Part shown: piece by piece, positions 37,800 to 47,688 of the stretch
Layout: every line of letters starts with the position of its first letter
How positions within the stretch are numbered: the first letter of the stretch is position 1
Assembly (NCBI GenBank): GCA_038212075.1
Contig: JBBQUV010000002.1
Coordinates: 7,343 to 71,342 of the forward strand
DNA from: Minisyncoccia bacterium
GTDB lineage: Bacteria > Patescibacteriota > Minisyncoccia > Phycocordibacterales > Phycocordibacteraceae
Direction: 5' to 3'
Length of the DNA stretch: 64,000 nucleotides
Notes under the pieces: model-generated
Database searches by the model: none
Told to the model about the DNA's origin: nothing
Seen by the model: only the letters and a program-made list of their open reading frames with translations
Made by a program: the position numbers and the translations under genes

Positions 37800-39035
37800 T
37801 TAGGCCGTATGCGCGTGATGCGAGCGTTTCATAAAGACAAATAACACAGACCATCCAAAAATCATAAGCACTCCGGCAGTGAAAAATGGTGCAGAAAGTC
37901 CAATAATACCGGCGCCCACACCAGCCACGACGGGCACCACACCTTGGGATAATGCGAGGAGTGAGCTGTTTATACCAAGTGCCGCACCTTGGCGTTCAGG
38001 TGACACGCTTTTACTAATGAGCGCAGTGGTGTTTGCAGTGGTAAGACCGATAGGAATAGAGATAAGTGGTGCAAGCGCAAACAATATAAGCACGTTCGGC
38101 ACAAAGGGATAGGTGAGAATACCGGCCGCCGTGACAAGCATTGAATAACGAAGAATGGCGCGTTCACTAAAACGGTGCGCGAGTGCACGCAATATAAATA
38201 GTTGGGTCACGACAATACCTGCACCCACGACACCAAAGAATGAACCAACGCCACTTTCAGAGAGCGAAAATTTCCCAACCAAAAATATACCGATAAATGA
38301 AGTGAAGAAAGCAAATCCGCACATATACAGAAAATTCGCGAGATAGATGGGGCGTGCTTCCCTGTCACGGAATGCCGCTTGAATATTGTGAATGCCTTTC
38401 AAGATATGGAATTTGTGTTCGGAACGGCGGTGTTTATGTGTTTCGGGAAGAAAGAGTGATACCGAAAGCACATTCAGTGTGCCAAGCGCGGCAGCAAACC
38501 AAAATGGCGCGGCGGCACTTCCGGTGAATCCAGCAATCCAGCCAGAAAGAAGTGGCCCTAAAATAAAACCGATACCAAATGCCGCCCCAACAAGTCCGAA
38601 GTTTTTCGCACGATCCTTTGGCTCACTTACGTCTGCAATTGCTGCCTGCACGATAGCAAAGTTTGCCGCGGCAATACCGGCAACGGTGCGTGCGACAAAA
38701 AGAAGTAGTACCGAACCAATACTGATACCAAAACCGAAGGTAAGCTGGGAGAGCGCAAGTACGCCAACACCAAGCGTAAGAAGCTTCTTTCGTCCGTATA
38801 CGTCAGAAAGCTCACCAAGTATCGGTGACATCACAAATTGCATTAAACCGAAAAGTGCGGTTATAAGTCCAGCAAGGAAATACCACGTTGACGGTGGGTA
38901 GCCGGTAAGCAAGAAGTCGGGCGAAGCTGGGTTTGTGAAAATGGTTGGGATAATCGGGATCACCATACCGATACCAACAGTGTCGAGAAGAAGTGTCGCG
39001 AACAGTATAAAAAGAATGTATCTACCGCTACGCAT
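37800..39035 (-). CDS. MFS transporter, DHA1/TetA-like
   Basis: ~12 TMs; GELSDVYGRK motif A; GFILGPLLSG motif C; LPET. Confidence 0.9.
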   Translation of the reverse strand: MRSGRYILFILFATLLLDTVGIGMVIPIIPTIFTNPASPDFLLTGYPPSTWYFLAGLITALFGLMQFVMSPILGELSDVYGRKKLLTLGVGVLALSQLTFGFGISIGSVLLLFVARTVAGIAAANFAIVQAAIADVSEPKDRAKNFGLVGAAFGIGFILGPLLSGWIAGFTGSAAAPFWFAAALGTLNVLSVSLFLPETHKHRRSEHKFHILKGIHNIQAAFRDREARPIYLANFLYMCGFAFFTSFIGIFLVGKFSLSESGVGSFFGVVGAGIVVTQLFILRALAHRFSERAILRYSMLVTAAGILTYPFVPNVLILFALAPLISIPIGLTTANTTALISKSVSPERQGAALGINSSLLALSQGVVPVVAGVGAGIIGLSAPFFTAGVLMIFGWSVLFVFMKRSHHAHTA

Positions 39036-39068
39036 AGAAAACTATCCTAACACAAACGACCATAATCC

Positions 39069-39617
39069 TCAGTTAAGGATATATTCCCATCCCGGTTTCC
39101 ACGCTTTTGTTTTTCGCCAATCTTCCGCAAGCGCTTGTCTCCACGTTTTATGGTTCAGTAATACGTCGAGAGAAAGTTGGGGCGCCTTATGGCCAACTAT
39201 GGCCACATGCTTTTCGTTATACTTTTTTCTCAAAAACAGTAGGAAATCAGAAACACGAACCTTAACATCATCGTAGCTCTCCCCTCCGGGGAACGCCTTG
39301 GTAATACACTCCTCTTCCTGCATAGGCTCTACTATTGTAGACAGAGCACCATTTAGCTCGCCATAGTTACACTCTCGCAATCGAGCATCAGGAATAATGG
39401 GATACACTCCATCCCACGCCAACTTCGCGGATGTGAAAGCACGCTGTAAATCGGAACAAAAAACGACATCGAATTTCAAATTCCTAGTCTGTTCTCTCAG
39501 ACCGACGGATTGTTTTATTCCAAGTTCGGAAAGCGCAACATCTTTCCACCCTGAAGATACACCCTGCTCGTTATCGATTGTTGTTCCGTGTACAAAATAC
39601 GTTATGTGTACCGACAT
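39069..39617 (-). CDS. Histidine phosphatase family protein
   Basis: VHG in place of RHG, SDLQRA, LRECNYG, GGES, IVGH. Confidence 0.85.
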   Translation of the reverse strand: MSVHITYFVHGTTIDNEQGVSSGWKDVALSELGIKQSVGLREQTRNLKFDVVFCSDLQRAFTSAKLAWDGVYPIIPDARLRECNYGELNGALSTIVEPMQEEECITKAFPGGESYDDVKVRVSDFLLFLRKKYNEKHVAIVGHKAPQLSLDVLLNHKTWRQALAEDWRKTKAWKPGWEYILN

Positions 39618-39620
39618 AGG

Positions 39621-40226
39621 CTATGCAAAGTATGCTCTCAATTTCTGGTAATCGCTGAATACTTCGTTTTGAAGCTTCGGGTACGCGATTTTATTTTGGA
39701 AATCCCTATCAATTTTTGGCAGTGCCCAAGCGGAAATTTCTTCTCGCGTCTGGGATGCTTTCCTCCTTGTTTCTGCGTGTTGATAAAAATCAGTTTGCAA
39801 ATGCATTACCGCGTCTCCTGCCGCCATAGCTTTCCCTTCTAGAGTTTCAGGACGTACATCCCCACGACAGCTGTGTTTTGCGATAGCATCATCCACAACG
39901 ATCGCTATTTCTTCATCGGTAAAATGTGATGCCCGTAAAAAGTCGCGCGCGATTTCAAAACTTTTTTGTACATGTTCTGGATTTTCTCGTTTCATCACTG
40001 CATCTGCAACGTCGTGTAAAAGACCGGCTGCGGCGGCAAGTTCTGGATTGCCTCCGTATTCTTGCGCGATTTTCTTCGCAGATTCTGCGACAGGTAATAC
40101 ATGTCCTTCATATATCCAGTCTGCCCATTCAGCACGATCCGGATGTTTTGCTTGGTAGAGTTCTTCCACTCGAGGTTTCAACTGGTTAAATTTTTCCATT
40201 GATACTGTTTTCTCGTATTTTTCCAT
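39621..40226 (-). CDS. HD-domain protein
   Basis: H(VLPV)...LLHDV...H...KHS...GD. Confidence 0.82.
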   Translation of the reverse strand: MEKYEKTVSMEKFNQLKPRVEELYQAKHPDRAEWADWIYEGHVLPVAESAKKIAQEYGGNPELAAAAGLLHDVADAVMKRENPEHVQKSFEIARDFLRASHFTDEEIAIVVDDAIAKHSCRGDVRPETLEGKAMAAGDAVMHLQTDFYQHAETRRKASQTREEISAWALPKIDRDFQNKIAYPKLQNEVFSDYQKLRAYFA

Positions 40227-40232
40227 AGATGG

Positions 40233-40871
40233 TTACCCAACAAGGAGGTGAAATACGTAATTCACCAGAAGTGAAAATGGACCGACAAAGAAAATGGAAA
40301 AGACGACGAGAACGAGAATTAGTCCAACAATGCCGCCTTGTTTAATACGGTCGTCAAAGTCGCGCAGGTAGGTTGCAAAACGGTACGGAAGAATACCGCG
40401 AAGGGTTGTGTACCCGTCAAGTGGTGGAAGTGGAATGAGATTAAACAAACCAAGGAATAGATTCACAAATGCCGCTACTGCGGCGATTTGAATAAACGGA
40501 TCAGGAAGCGTTCCGGCTCCAAAGCGCACCGCAAGGCCAAGCACGAGCGCAAGAAAAAGATTGGTTGCAGGACCAGCCGCGGCTACCATAGCCTCACCCC
40601 ATCGTTGATTTTTTAAATTGTAGGGGTTATAGGGCACTGGTTTTGCCCACCCGAAGAGAATCCCTGCGTTACTAAACACCAGAAATGCAGGTACAAGAAT
40701 AGAGCCGACAGGGTCAATATGCTTTAGTGGGTTTAAAGTCAGACGTCCTTCAAGTCGGGCGGTCGGGTCGCCAAGTGAATGCGCGGCGTATCCGTGGGCA
40801 ACTTCGTGAATAACAATAGAGAAAATAAGGATGGCGAGCTCGAAGGCGATCATGAGTGGGTCGGTTTGCAT
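40233..40871 (-). CDS. Site-2 protease (M50)
   Basis: HEVAH, AGPATN, FNLIPLPPLDG. Confidence 0.93.
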   Translation of the reverse strand: MQTDPLMIAFELAILIFSIVIHEVAHGYAAHSLGDPTARLEGRLTLNPLKHIDPVGSILVPAFLVFSNAGILFGWAKPVPYNPYNLKNQRWGEAMVAAAGPATNLFLALVLGLAVRFGAGTLPDPFIQIAAVAAFVNLFLGLFNLIPLPPLDGYTTLRGILPYRFATYLRDFDDRIKQGGIVGLILVLVVFSIFFVGPFSLLVNYVFHLLVG

Positions 40872-40904
40872 GGCTAGAGGTTATTGTGCTAGCATGCGGG
40901 AACT

Positions 40905-41147
40905 ATGGCAAGGGAATGCGCAATCACAGGCAAAACGACTCAGATAGGTGGGCGGTACTCCAACCGTACCCGTGCAACCCAATTTAATCCAACAGGAAAG
41001 GTTCGCCGTAAGGCAAATCTTCAGAAACGCCGTATTTTCGTTCCAGAAATCAACAAGACTATTATCGTTGACCTTTCGGTAAAGGGACTTCGCGAAATCA
41101 AGAAGAACGGCGCCTTCGCCACCCTAAAGAAAGCAGGCGTTATTTAA
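40905..41147 (+). CDS. rpmB: 50S ribosomal protein L28
   Basis: MARECAITGK...RRKANLQKRRI...SVKGLR. Confidence 0.9.
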   Translation: MARECAITGKTTQIGGRYSNRTRATQFNPTGKVRRKANLQKRRIFVPEINKTIIVDLSVKGLREIKKNGAFATLKKAGVI

Positions 41148-41152
41148 GGCTT

Positions 41153-41184
41153 ATGAAAAACCCCGCGAAAGCGGGGTTTTTCAT
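41153..41184. terminator. Bidirectional terminator
   Basis: atgaaaaaccccgc-gaaa-gcggggtttttcat. Confidence 0.85.
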
Positions 41185-42056
41185 TTGAGTACCACGCTCG
41201 TACCGTCGCTCACAAAATCCAGTGTGCCGCGGTCTATTGTGGAGTAGATGGTCGCTCCTTCGTTTTTAATACGAGAGATGGCTTCTGGAGCAGGATGCCC
41301 GTAGGAGTTATGGGCTCCCGCTGAAATAGCGACAACTGATGGGTGTACTGCAGAAAGCCACGCGTCACTACTTGAGTTCTTGGAACCGTGATGCCCTGCT
41401 TTCAACACGTCACTTTGTAAATTGCCGTCCTTACCATCTAAACGCACAAGCCAACCCTCCTGTTCGGAAGGTAAGTCACCCGTGAGCATAAAAGACGTAG
41501 ACCCGTACACCACATGAAGAACCACAGAGCCGCTGTTTGTTTCCATTTTTGAAACATCGCGATCCGGGTAGAGCACATCGGCATACGCTCCCCCACCCAA
41601 ATTGAGCCGCATACCACGTCGCGCTATAACACGCGTAATACCTGGCTCTGCTTTAGCCGCCGCAAGTACCGCAGTAGTTGCCGCGGTGGTGTTTGGAATA
41701 CCAGGCTCCATAAAGTACGAAACGGCATAGCGGCTAAATACCGAAGGTAGCCCGCCAATGTGGTCTTTATCAGGATGTGTTTCAACCAGCATATCTATAG
41801 AGTGGTCAAAAAGACCAAGTTCCCTTCCAAGCGGCGTGAGCACCACACTACTTGGTCCGCCATCCACGAGTACCTGCACGCCTGTCGGGCTTTCTATCAA
41901 AATGGAATCCCCTTGCCCAATATCAAGTATGGAAACATGCAGTTCGTGGGGGTGGGCAGAAAAAAGTGCCGAAAACACCGCAATATTCAGCCATACCAAA
42001 AATGCAAAAATAAGATGGGGTATGTACGGGCGCATAGACTCTATAGTACTTGGCAC
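41181..42056 (-). CDS. ComEC-type metallo-beta-lactamase nuclease domain (stand-alone)
   Basis: DIGQGDS, DGG, THPDKDHIGG, N.GSVV, LTGD, KAGHHGS, SYGHP. Confidence 0.9.
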   Translation of the reverse strand: MPSTIESMRPYIPHLIFAFLVWLNIAVFSALFSAHPHELHVSILDIGQGDSILIESPTGVQVLVDGGPSSVVLTPLGRELGLFDHSIDMLVETHPDKDHIGGLPSVFSRYAVSYFMEPGIPNTTAATTAVLAAAKAEPGITRVIARRGMRLNLGGGAYADVLYPDRDVSKMETNSGSVVLHVVYGSTSFMLTGDLPSEQEGWLVRLDGKDGNLQSDVLKAGHHGSKNSSSDAWLSAVHPSVVAISAGAHNSYGHPAPEAISRIKNEGATIYSTIDRGTLDFVSDGTSVVLK

Positions 42057-42067
42057 ATAGGGGATAT

Positions 42068-42096
42068 TTGCCTTTATATAATCTATATGTTATAAT
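42068..42096 (+). promoter_or_regulatory. Sigma70-type promoter
   Basis: TTGCCT-17-TATAAT with TG extension. Confidence 0.7.
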
Positions 42097-42126
42097 CATG
42101 TGGGGTAATACGCCGCGCGTGCGGTA

Positions 42127-42339
42127 ATGGCGGAGACCAACATGGAGTTTGCAAGAAGAATTGATGTCCTCCGGCGAGGACGAAGACCTAGAGGTAGGCC
42201 TTTGTTGTGGATAGACGCAAAAACGCGCACCGCAATGAAGGTCTTGTCCCCTCGGGAACAAGGTCTCGCCGAAGCACTTATACTCGTGACGGCGCAAACA
42301 CGCGCCGAACACGAGAAACCGACTTCGCTCGTCAATTAA
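42127..42339 (+). CDS. Small basic orphan protein with AT-hook-like RPRGRP
   Basis: 70 aa between a clear promoter and a terminator. Confidence 0.55.
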   Translation: MAETNMEFARRIDVLRRGRRPRGRPLLWIDAKTRTAMKVLSPREQGLAEALILVTAQTRAEHEKPTSLVN

Positions 42340-42358
42340 GTCGACGAGCAGAAATCGG

Positions 42359-42387
42359 AAAAGGGTATCCTCGCGGATACCCTTTTT
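42359..42387. terminator. Bidirectional terminator
   Basis: aaaagggtatcc-tcgc-ggatacccttttt. Confidence 0.8.
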
Positions 42388-42412
42388 CGCATTTCACTAC
42401 CGTGTGCGTCGT

Positions 42413-42799
42413 TTACATTGAAACGTGCGCTTCCCCACCAGCTCCCTTCTCTTTTCCGATAGCGTCGCGTGCCTCAACGCTGTTGCCAGCATTGGCTATA
42501 AGGGCACCGCTTGCGTCAACAATAGGTACTTTCTCCCGTACGCTCTCGGTAAACCCGAGTGCATTTTTGATATTGGTATCAAATTCAGGAGAAGCGACCA
42601 TTTCCATCGTAAGCGGCTGACCTTTCAATTCTGCATCCTTTATGACAAAGGCAACGGCACGAGTAACCTCACTCTCGGTGAACTTGCCACCTGCCGCTTC
42701 GTGAACCTTTTCTGCTACGGCGTTTGAAACCGCGCTTGGCTCTACGTCATCTGACTCCGCCCGAGCTCCTCCTGTAAACATTTTGTTGAGATTGAACAT
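42413..42799 (-). CDS. Hypothetical protein
   Basis: 128 aa from MFNLNKMF; converges on the terminator. Confidence 0.6.
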   Translation of the reverse strand: MFNLNKMFTGGARAESDDVEPSAVSNAVAEKVHEAAGGKFTESEVTRAVAFVIKDAELKGQPLTMEMVASPEFDTNIKNALGFTESVREKVPIVDASGALIANAGNSVEARDAIGKEKGAGGEAHVSM

Positions 42800-42894
42800 A
42801 TTTTTATAGTTGAGGTGTACAGGGGTAGTATCGCACGAGGCATACCACCTGCAAGTCGGGTTTTGCATAGGTGCTGTGGTAGAGTTCTGGACAT

Positions 42895-43488
42895 ATGACA
42901 TATGAAAAACGAACGTTTACCCTTCCGGAATTGAAGGGCATCTCAAAGAAGCAGATAGACGTGCATCTTGCGCTATACGAAGGCTACGTGAAGCATGTGA
43001 ATTTGATTATGGAGAAAATTGCCGCGATGAAAGAAACAGATGCCGAAGGTAATGCGTACGCTATTGCTGAAGTGCGTCGTCGTCTTGGATTTGAGTTCAA
43101 TGGCATGCGTATGCATGAATATTACTTTGAACAATTTGAGGGTGAAAAAAGTGGAAACCCAGAATCGGGGTTGGCAAAAGCGGCTACAGAAAAATATGGA
43201 AGTGGTGAAAACTTTTTGAAGCACATTCGCGAAGTTTCTGGTTCTCGCGGTATCGGCTGGGTGGTGGTGTATTACGACAGTGTTGGGAAACAGCTTCATA
43301 CGGCGTTTGTGAATGATCACGAACTTGGCACGCTCGCCACGCTTCCCGTTATTCTCGCGCTCGATTTGTGGGAGCATGCGTATATGGTTGATTACGTTCC
43401 TGCAGAAAAAAAGAATTACATTGATGCATTTTTTGAAAATCTTAATTGGAGCGTGTGCGAAGCACGCTTTGAAAAAGCAGTTGCATAA
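42895..43488 (+). CDS. Fe/Mn superoxide dismutase family
   Basis: H(LALYEGYV), FNGMRMHEYYF, GIGW, DLWEHAY. Confidence 0.9.
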   Translation: MTYEKRTFTLPELKGISKKQIDVHLALYEGYVKHVNLIMEKIAAMKETDAEGNAYAIAEVRRRLGFEFNGMRMHEYYFEQFEGEKSGNPESGLAKAATEKYGSGENFLKHIREVSGSRGIGWVVVYYDSVGKQLHTAFVNDHELGTLATLPVILALDLWEHAYMVDYVPAEKKNYIDAFFENLNWSVCEARFEKAVA

Positions 43489-43499
43489 CGAATAAAAAG

Positions 43500-43545
43500 T
43501 CAGAACATAAAAAGAGTCGCTCACGCGACTCTTTTTATGTTCTGA
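43500..43545. terminator. Long bidirectional terminator
   Basis: Perfect 21-bp stem tcagaacataaaaagagtcgc-tcac-gcgactctttttatgttctga. Confidence 0.85.
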
Positions 43546-45013
43546 TTCTCAACGTGCGTGGTTTTGGCAGTCTCTGCAACCGTACGACCCATCGCCACAG
43601 TAGTGCATACATAAGTACGACAAAGAAAAATGAAAACGCGGGGATGATGACGTGTGCAAACGGTAACTGTGCTGAATATATCCCAACCGAAATGATGTAC
43701 GAAAGAAACATAAACGCAGGTATACCGATAAACGGTGCAATCCATGGAATCACCATGCCAACAATCCCAGCGATACATGACAAGAGCATCGTGAAAGGAA
43801 TGACCGGGAGCACCAAAATATTTGCCGGAAGTGAAACGAGTGAAAAATTTCCCGTAAGGTATACGAGAAATGGAAGTACCGCAATTTGTGCGGCAAGGGT
43901 GGTGGCGACGATTTCACGCAGGAACATATTTTTTATAAACAACAAACGCACTTCAACAAGCGGCGTGCCAATGATAAGTCCGAGCGTCGCAAGAAATGAT
44001 AGCTCAAACCCGGGGTCATATACTAGCGAAAACGGATTCCACATAAGCATAACCAACAGCACAAAAAAGAGCGCACGCAGTGCGTTGTACGTGCGGCCAC
44101 TTGCGCGTGCGTAAAGCGCCAGACACGCCATAAGTCCTGCGCGCAGTGCAGATGTTCCGGAACCGGCCGCAACAACAAAGAGCAAGATACTTATTCCTGC
44201 AGATGAAAGTGCGATACGTTTTGGCAAAAATGACAATCCGCGAAGTACTGCTTCGGCGATAATCATGACGTTGTATCCGGAAAGCACCACAATTTGTATG
44301 AGACCGGAAATAGTAAAGGCGTTCACGAGTTCTTTTCCGAGCCCTTGTTTGCCGCCAGTAAGAAGTCCTTCAGCAAGTGCGGCGGAAGGTTCTGGTAACG
44401 CGTTTTCAATACCGTTTGTGAATATATGTTTCGCACGATAGAGCATACCGATGGCACGCGTAAAAAAACCGGACGGTGGCGCAGTGCTTTGTATGTGCGC
44501 GTCTTTAATAAGCGCGAACACGCCGTCTTTCGCCAAAAAGGTATCGTAGGCAAAGGTTCGTCCACCATCGGTTGCAAACGGTTCCGGTTTTAAAAAGGTG
44601 CCCGACACCGTTATAGCTTCGCCATACGATACGCTTGGATAGAGTGGTGCCACGGCAAGAATGAGAGACGTGGCGTCGCCGTACGTAACCATTACTGTGA
44701 CACGTTGGCTCGTCTCACGAATGTCGGGATCAACGGCTATGGTGCCGTGAAGTAGTACGTTGGCACCAACAAGTGGTAGGAATGGGCGAGGCATTGTTTT
44801 TTGCGCAAGCTCCGTGCGAGCAAGTCCAAGACTGAATGCAATGAGAGCGAGCGCGCAGGTTGCAAAGAGTTTTTCTGGGTGTGCGTACCAAAGAATAAAA
44901 AAAGTTCCTGATAACACTGCCACAAACAGAACGCTTCCCCACCCAAGAGCGAGTGTGGAACACGCAATAATACCAAGCGCAAAACCAAGTACAGAAATAA
45001 AGAAGTAGTCCAT
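43535..45013 (-). CDS. comEC: ComEC/Rec2 competence membrane channel (OB + competence domains)
   Basis: GLIQIVVLSGYNV, SALRAGLM, NPFSLVYDPGFELSFLAT, SLPANILV. Confidence 0.9.
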   Translation of the reverse strand: MDYFFISVLGFALGIIACSTLALGWGSVLFVAVLSGTFFILWYAHPEKLFATCALALIAFSLGLARTELAQKTMPRPFLPLVGANVLLHGTIAVDPDIRETSQRVTVMVTYGDATSLILAVAPLYPSVSYGEAITVSGTFLKPEPFATDGGRTFAYDTFLAKDGVFALIKDAHIQSTAPPSGFFTRAIGMLYRAKHIFTNGIENALPEPSAALAEGLLTGGKQGLGKELVNAFTISGLIQIVVLSGYNVMIIAEAVLRGLSFLPKRIALSSAGISILLFVVAAGSGTSALRAGLMACLALYARASGRTYNALRALFFVLLVMLMWNPFSLVYDPGFELSFLATLGLIIGTPLVEVRLLFIKNMFLREIVATTLAAQIAVLPFLVYLTGNFSLVSLPANILVLPVIPFTMLLSCIAGIVGMVIPWIAPFIGIPAFMFLSYIISVGIYSAQLPFAHVIIPAFSFFFVVLMYALLWRWVVRLQRLPKPRTLRIRT

Positions 45014-45039
45014 GCAAGCGAACTACCATTCAGTATAAA

Positions 45040-45456
45040 TTATGTTCCTCGGTCCATTGCTTTGTTTGCAAGCGCGTCGGCGTCTTTATTTTTTTCGCGA
45101 GGAATGTGTGTGAAGGTTACCTTTTGGAAACAAGGAATCATTTCTTTTACGCGTGCGGCAAGCGGCTTCAGGTTTGGATGTTTTATTTTATAGTTGCCTT
45201 TCATTTGTTCCACAACCAGTTTGCTATCCATTTCCACATCCACCGTCGCTGTTTTTGCTTCAACGCCAAGACGCAAAAGTAACAGCTCAATCCCCCGCAC
45301 AATCGCGGTATACTCGGCGACGTTGTTGGTTGTGTGTCCCAAAAAATCCGCCACTTCGCCAATAACAGTGCCGTCGTTGTCGCGAATGACCGCGCCAGCA
45401 CCGGCTGGCCCCGGGTTTCCGCGTGAACCACCGTCAGCATGAATAGTAAATCTCAT
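45040..45456 (-). CDS. rnhA: Ribonuclease HI family
   Basis: DGGSRGNPG, TNNVAEY, DSKLVVEQ, HIPREKNKDADALAN. Confidence 0.92.
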   Translation of the reverse strand: MRFTIHADGGSRGNPGPAGAGAVIRDNDGTVIGEVADFLGHTTNNVAEYTAIVRGIELLLLRLGVEAKTATVDVEMDSKLVVEQMKGNYKIKHPNLKPLAARVKEMIPCFQKVTFTHIPREKNKDADALANKAMDRGT

Positions 45457-45478
45457 AGAGTAATCATACGCGCAGTTC

Positions 45479-47188
45479 CTAGCGAACGGAAATGAGACGC
45501 AGACGCGGTCGGTTTTTTCGTGAAAATTGATCACGTTCAATATTCGCCAACACACTTACCTTCCTTCCCTTTTCAAAGAGGTGCAATTTTTTTCCAAGCT
45601 CGCGTTTTGCATAAAACGAAATTGCCTCAATATCACTGAATTCACCAGCAATTAACAATTTCAAATGTTCATTTGTTTTTCCAAACCACGAAACATCAGC
45701 GAGCGTAACATCACGAAATAAAAACACCGGTTTAGGGTTTCCTTCACCATACGGCGCAAGCCGCTCAACGCGTGAAAGTAAGGTGAATGTTGCTTCGTCC
45801 GGAGTAATCGCGATGTCGGCGCGAGCAAGTTCATCTTCAGTTGCTTTCGGAAGGCTCGCCAAACCTTTTACTAAGTGTTCTTCAAGAAAAAACACCGTAT
45901 CGTCTTTCACACTGAATCCGCCGGAGTAGGCGTGTCCGCCAAATTCTGCGAACGCCTCTTTTGCGGCAGTCATTAGTTTCACCAAATGTATGTTTCCATA
46001 GGAACGACACGAACCTTTCAGTGTTTGATTTGCTTCGCGTCCCCATAAAAATACTGGTCGTTCGTATTCTTCAGAAATACCACTAGCAACAAGCCCAAGG
46101 AGTGCTGGCTTCCACTCAGGGTCGCCAAGCGCGATGACTGAAGGTAGTTCGCCTTTTTCTTTTCGTTCGGCAAGTTTTTCATGCACGCCACGCGTAATCG
46201 CGGCCGCCGCAGAGCGGCGGCCGCGATTTGCCGCCTCAAGTTTTTTCGCGAGCGTTTCTGCGAGAACTTCGTCGTCTGTTGTAAAAAGTGTAAACGCATC
46301 GCGGGGATCGCCCATACGGCTTGCCGCATTCACCCGTGGCGCGAGCATAAATCCAACATCGTCTTCCGCGATGGTGCGCTGATTGGTACGCATTACTTTG
46401 CATAGTTTTTGTAGACCAATGCGCGGTGATTTTCGTAATACCAAAAGGCCATATTTTGCGAGCACGCGATTTTCTCCGGTAAGGGACACCATATCGGCGA
46501 TGGTCGCGAGCCCCACCATATCAAGAAGCCACTTTTCCCACCCGACAGGAACTTTTTCACGAAGTGTCGGTTCTACAGCGAGTGTCGCGCACACGAGTTT
46601 CCATGCCATAGCCGCGCCGCACAATTCGCGAAACGGATACGTCTCTCCCTCTTGCTTGTGATCTACCACAATAGCGTTTGGAAGTTCTGCCTGCGGCAAA
46701 TGGTGATCGGTGACAATCACATCCATCCCGAGTTCGCGTGCCCGTGCAATCGCTTCGTTGTCGGTGATGCCGGAGTCCACCGTAATAACGAGTGTTGCTC
46801 CGTTCTTCGCAAGTTTTTCAATGCCCATTTCGTTCACGCCATACCCTTCTTCATGGCGGTGTGGAATATAATTTTCAAAATTCGCTTCGGCTTTTTTCAA
46901 AAAATCGTGAAGCACCACTCCACCGGGGATGCCGTCGCAATCGTAGTCGCTCCATACCGCAATGTGCTCGTTTGTGGTGATCGCTCGTGCAAGCCGTGCG
47001 GCCGCTTCCGGCATATTTTTTAGCAACAACGGATCGTGGATATGTTCGTCATAGGACGGACTTAAAAACACCAACGCTTCTTCTTTAGTAGTAACACCAC
47101 GCCGAGCAAGAAGCGCCGCAATAAAGTCATCATATTCAGAAAGTTCAGTCCGGAGCGTGTCCGGAAGCGTGTCGTGGAGGTCGAACAT
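45479..47188 (-). CDS. recJ: ssDNA exonuclease RecJ
   Basis: DYDCDG, YIPHR..GYG, TVDSG, TDHH, LATIAD, PRVNAASR, FGGH. Confidence 0.95.
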   Translation of the reverse strand: MFDLHDTLPDTLRTELSEYDDFIAALLARRGVTTKEEALVFLSPSYDEHIHDPLLLKNMPEAAARLARAITTNEHIAVWSDYDCDGIPGGVVLHDFLKKAEANFENYIPHRHEEGYGVNEMGIEKLAKNGATLVITVDSGITDNEAIARARELGMDVIVTDHHLPQAELPNAIVVDHKQEGETYPFRELCGAAMAWKLVCATLAVEPTLREKVPVGWEKWLLDMVGLATIADMVSLTGENRVLAKYGLLVLRKSPRIGLQKLCKVMRTNQRTIAEDDVGFMLAPRVNAASRMGDPRDAFTLFTTDDEVLAETLAKKLEAANRGRRSAAAAITRGVHEKLAERKEKGELPSVIALGDPEWKPALLGLVASGISEEYERPVFLWGREANQTLKGSCRSYGNIHLVKLMTAAKEAFAEFGGHAYSGGFSVKDDTVFFLEEHLVKGLASLPKATEDELARADIAITPDEATFTLLSRVERLAPYGEGNPKPVFLFRDVTLADVSWFGKTNEHLKLLIAGEFSDIEAISFYAKRELGKKLHLFEKGRKVSVLANIERDQFSRKNRPRLRLISVR

Positions 47189-47231
47189 TGGGTGATTGTA
47201 TCAAACAACCTCCCTGCGGTATGCTTTCTCC

Positions 47232-47639
47232 ATGGAAGAGACTATATTTGCGAAAATTATTAAACGAGAAATACCTGCGGAAATTATCTACGAAGATGCT
47301 GAAACGCTCGCATTTCTTGATATTGCACCCGTGGCGGAAGGTCATACGCTCGTTATTCCTAAAAACCCTGCACGCAACGTTTTTGATATAGAGCCGGAAT
47401 CATTTGCGGCCATGGCAAAAACGGCAAAGAAAGTTGCTATCGCACTGAAGACAGCACTCGGTGCAGATGGAGTGAGTATTGCCATGAACAACGAACCCGC
47501 AAGCGGGCAAGTAGTTTTTCACGCACACTTCCACATTATTCCTCGTTTTGATAACGACAAACTGGTGCAGTGGCCACAGCGACCATATCCAACAGGCGAA
47601 GCGAGTGTTGTAGCTGAAAAGATACGCGCCGCGTTTTAA
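47232..47639 (+). CDS. HIT-family protein
   Basis: IFAKII, GHTLVIPK, QVVFHAHFHIIPR. Confidence 0.93.
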   Translation: MEETIFAKIIKREIPAEIIYEDAETLAFLDIAPVAEGHTLVIPKNPARNVFDIEPESFAAMAKTAKKVAIALKTALGADGVSIAMNNEPASGQVVFHAHFHIIPRFDNDKLVQWPQRPYPTGEASVVAEKIRAAF

Positions 47640-47688
47640 CTATGGCGACTCCTGTCGGTTAAACACTCGATCCAGTGGAACAGTATAG

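Noticed and set aside
37800-39035. Bona fide tetA resistance gene
   Set aside because: Only generic DHA1 motifs, no tetR; substrate cannot be told from sequence
47640-47688. - strand TATACT plus AGGAG after the pgk stop
   Set aside because: Followed by ATA and no open frame; no -35; at most a remnant or antisense promoter
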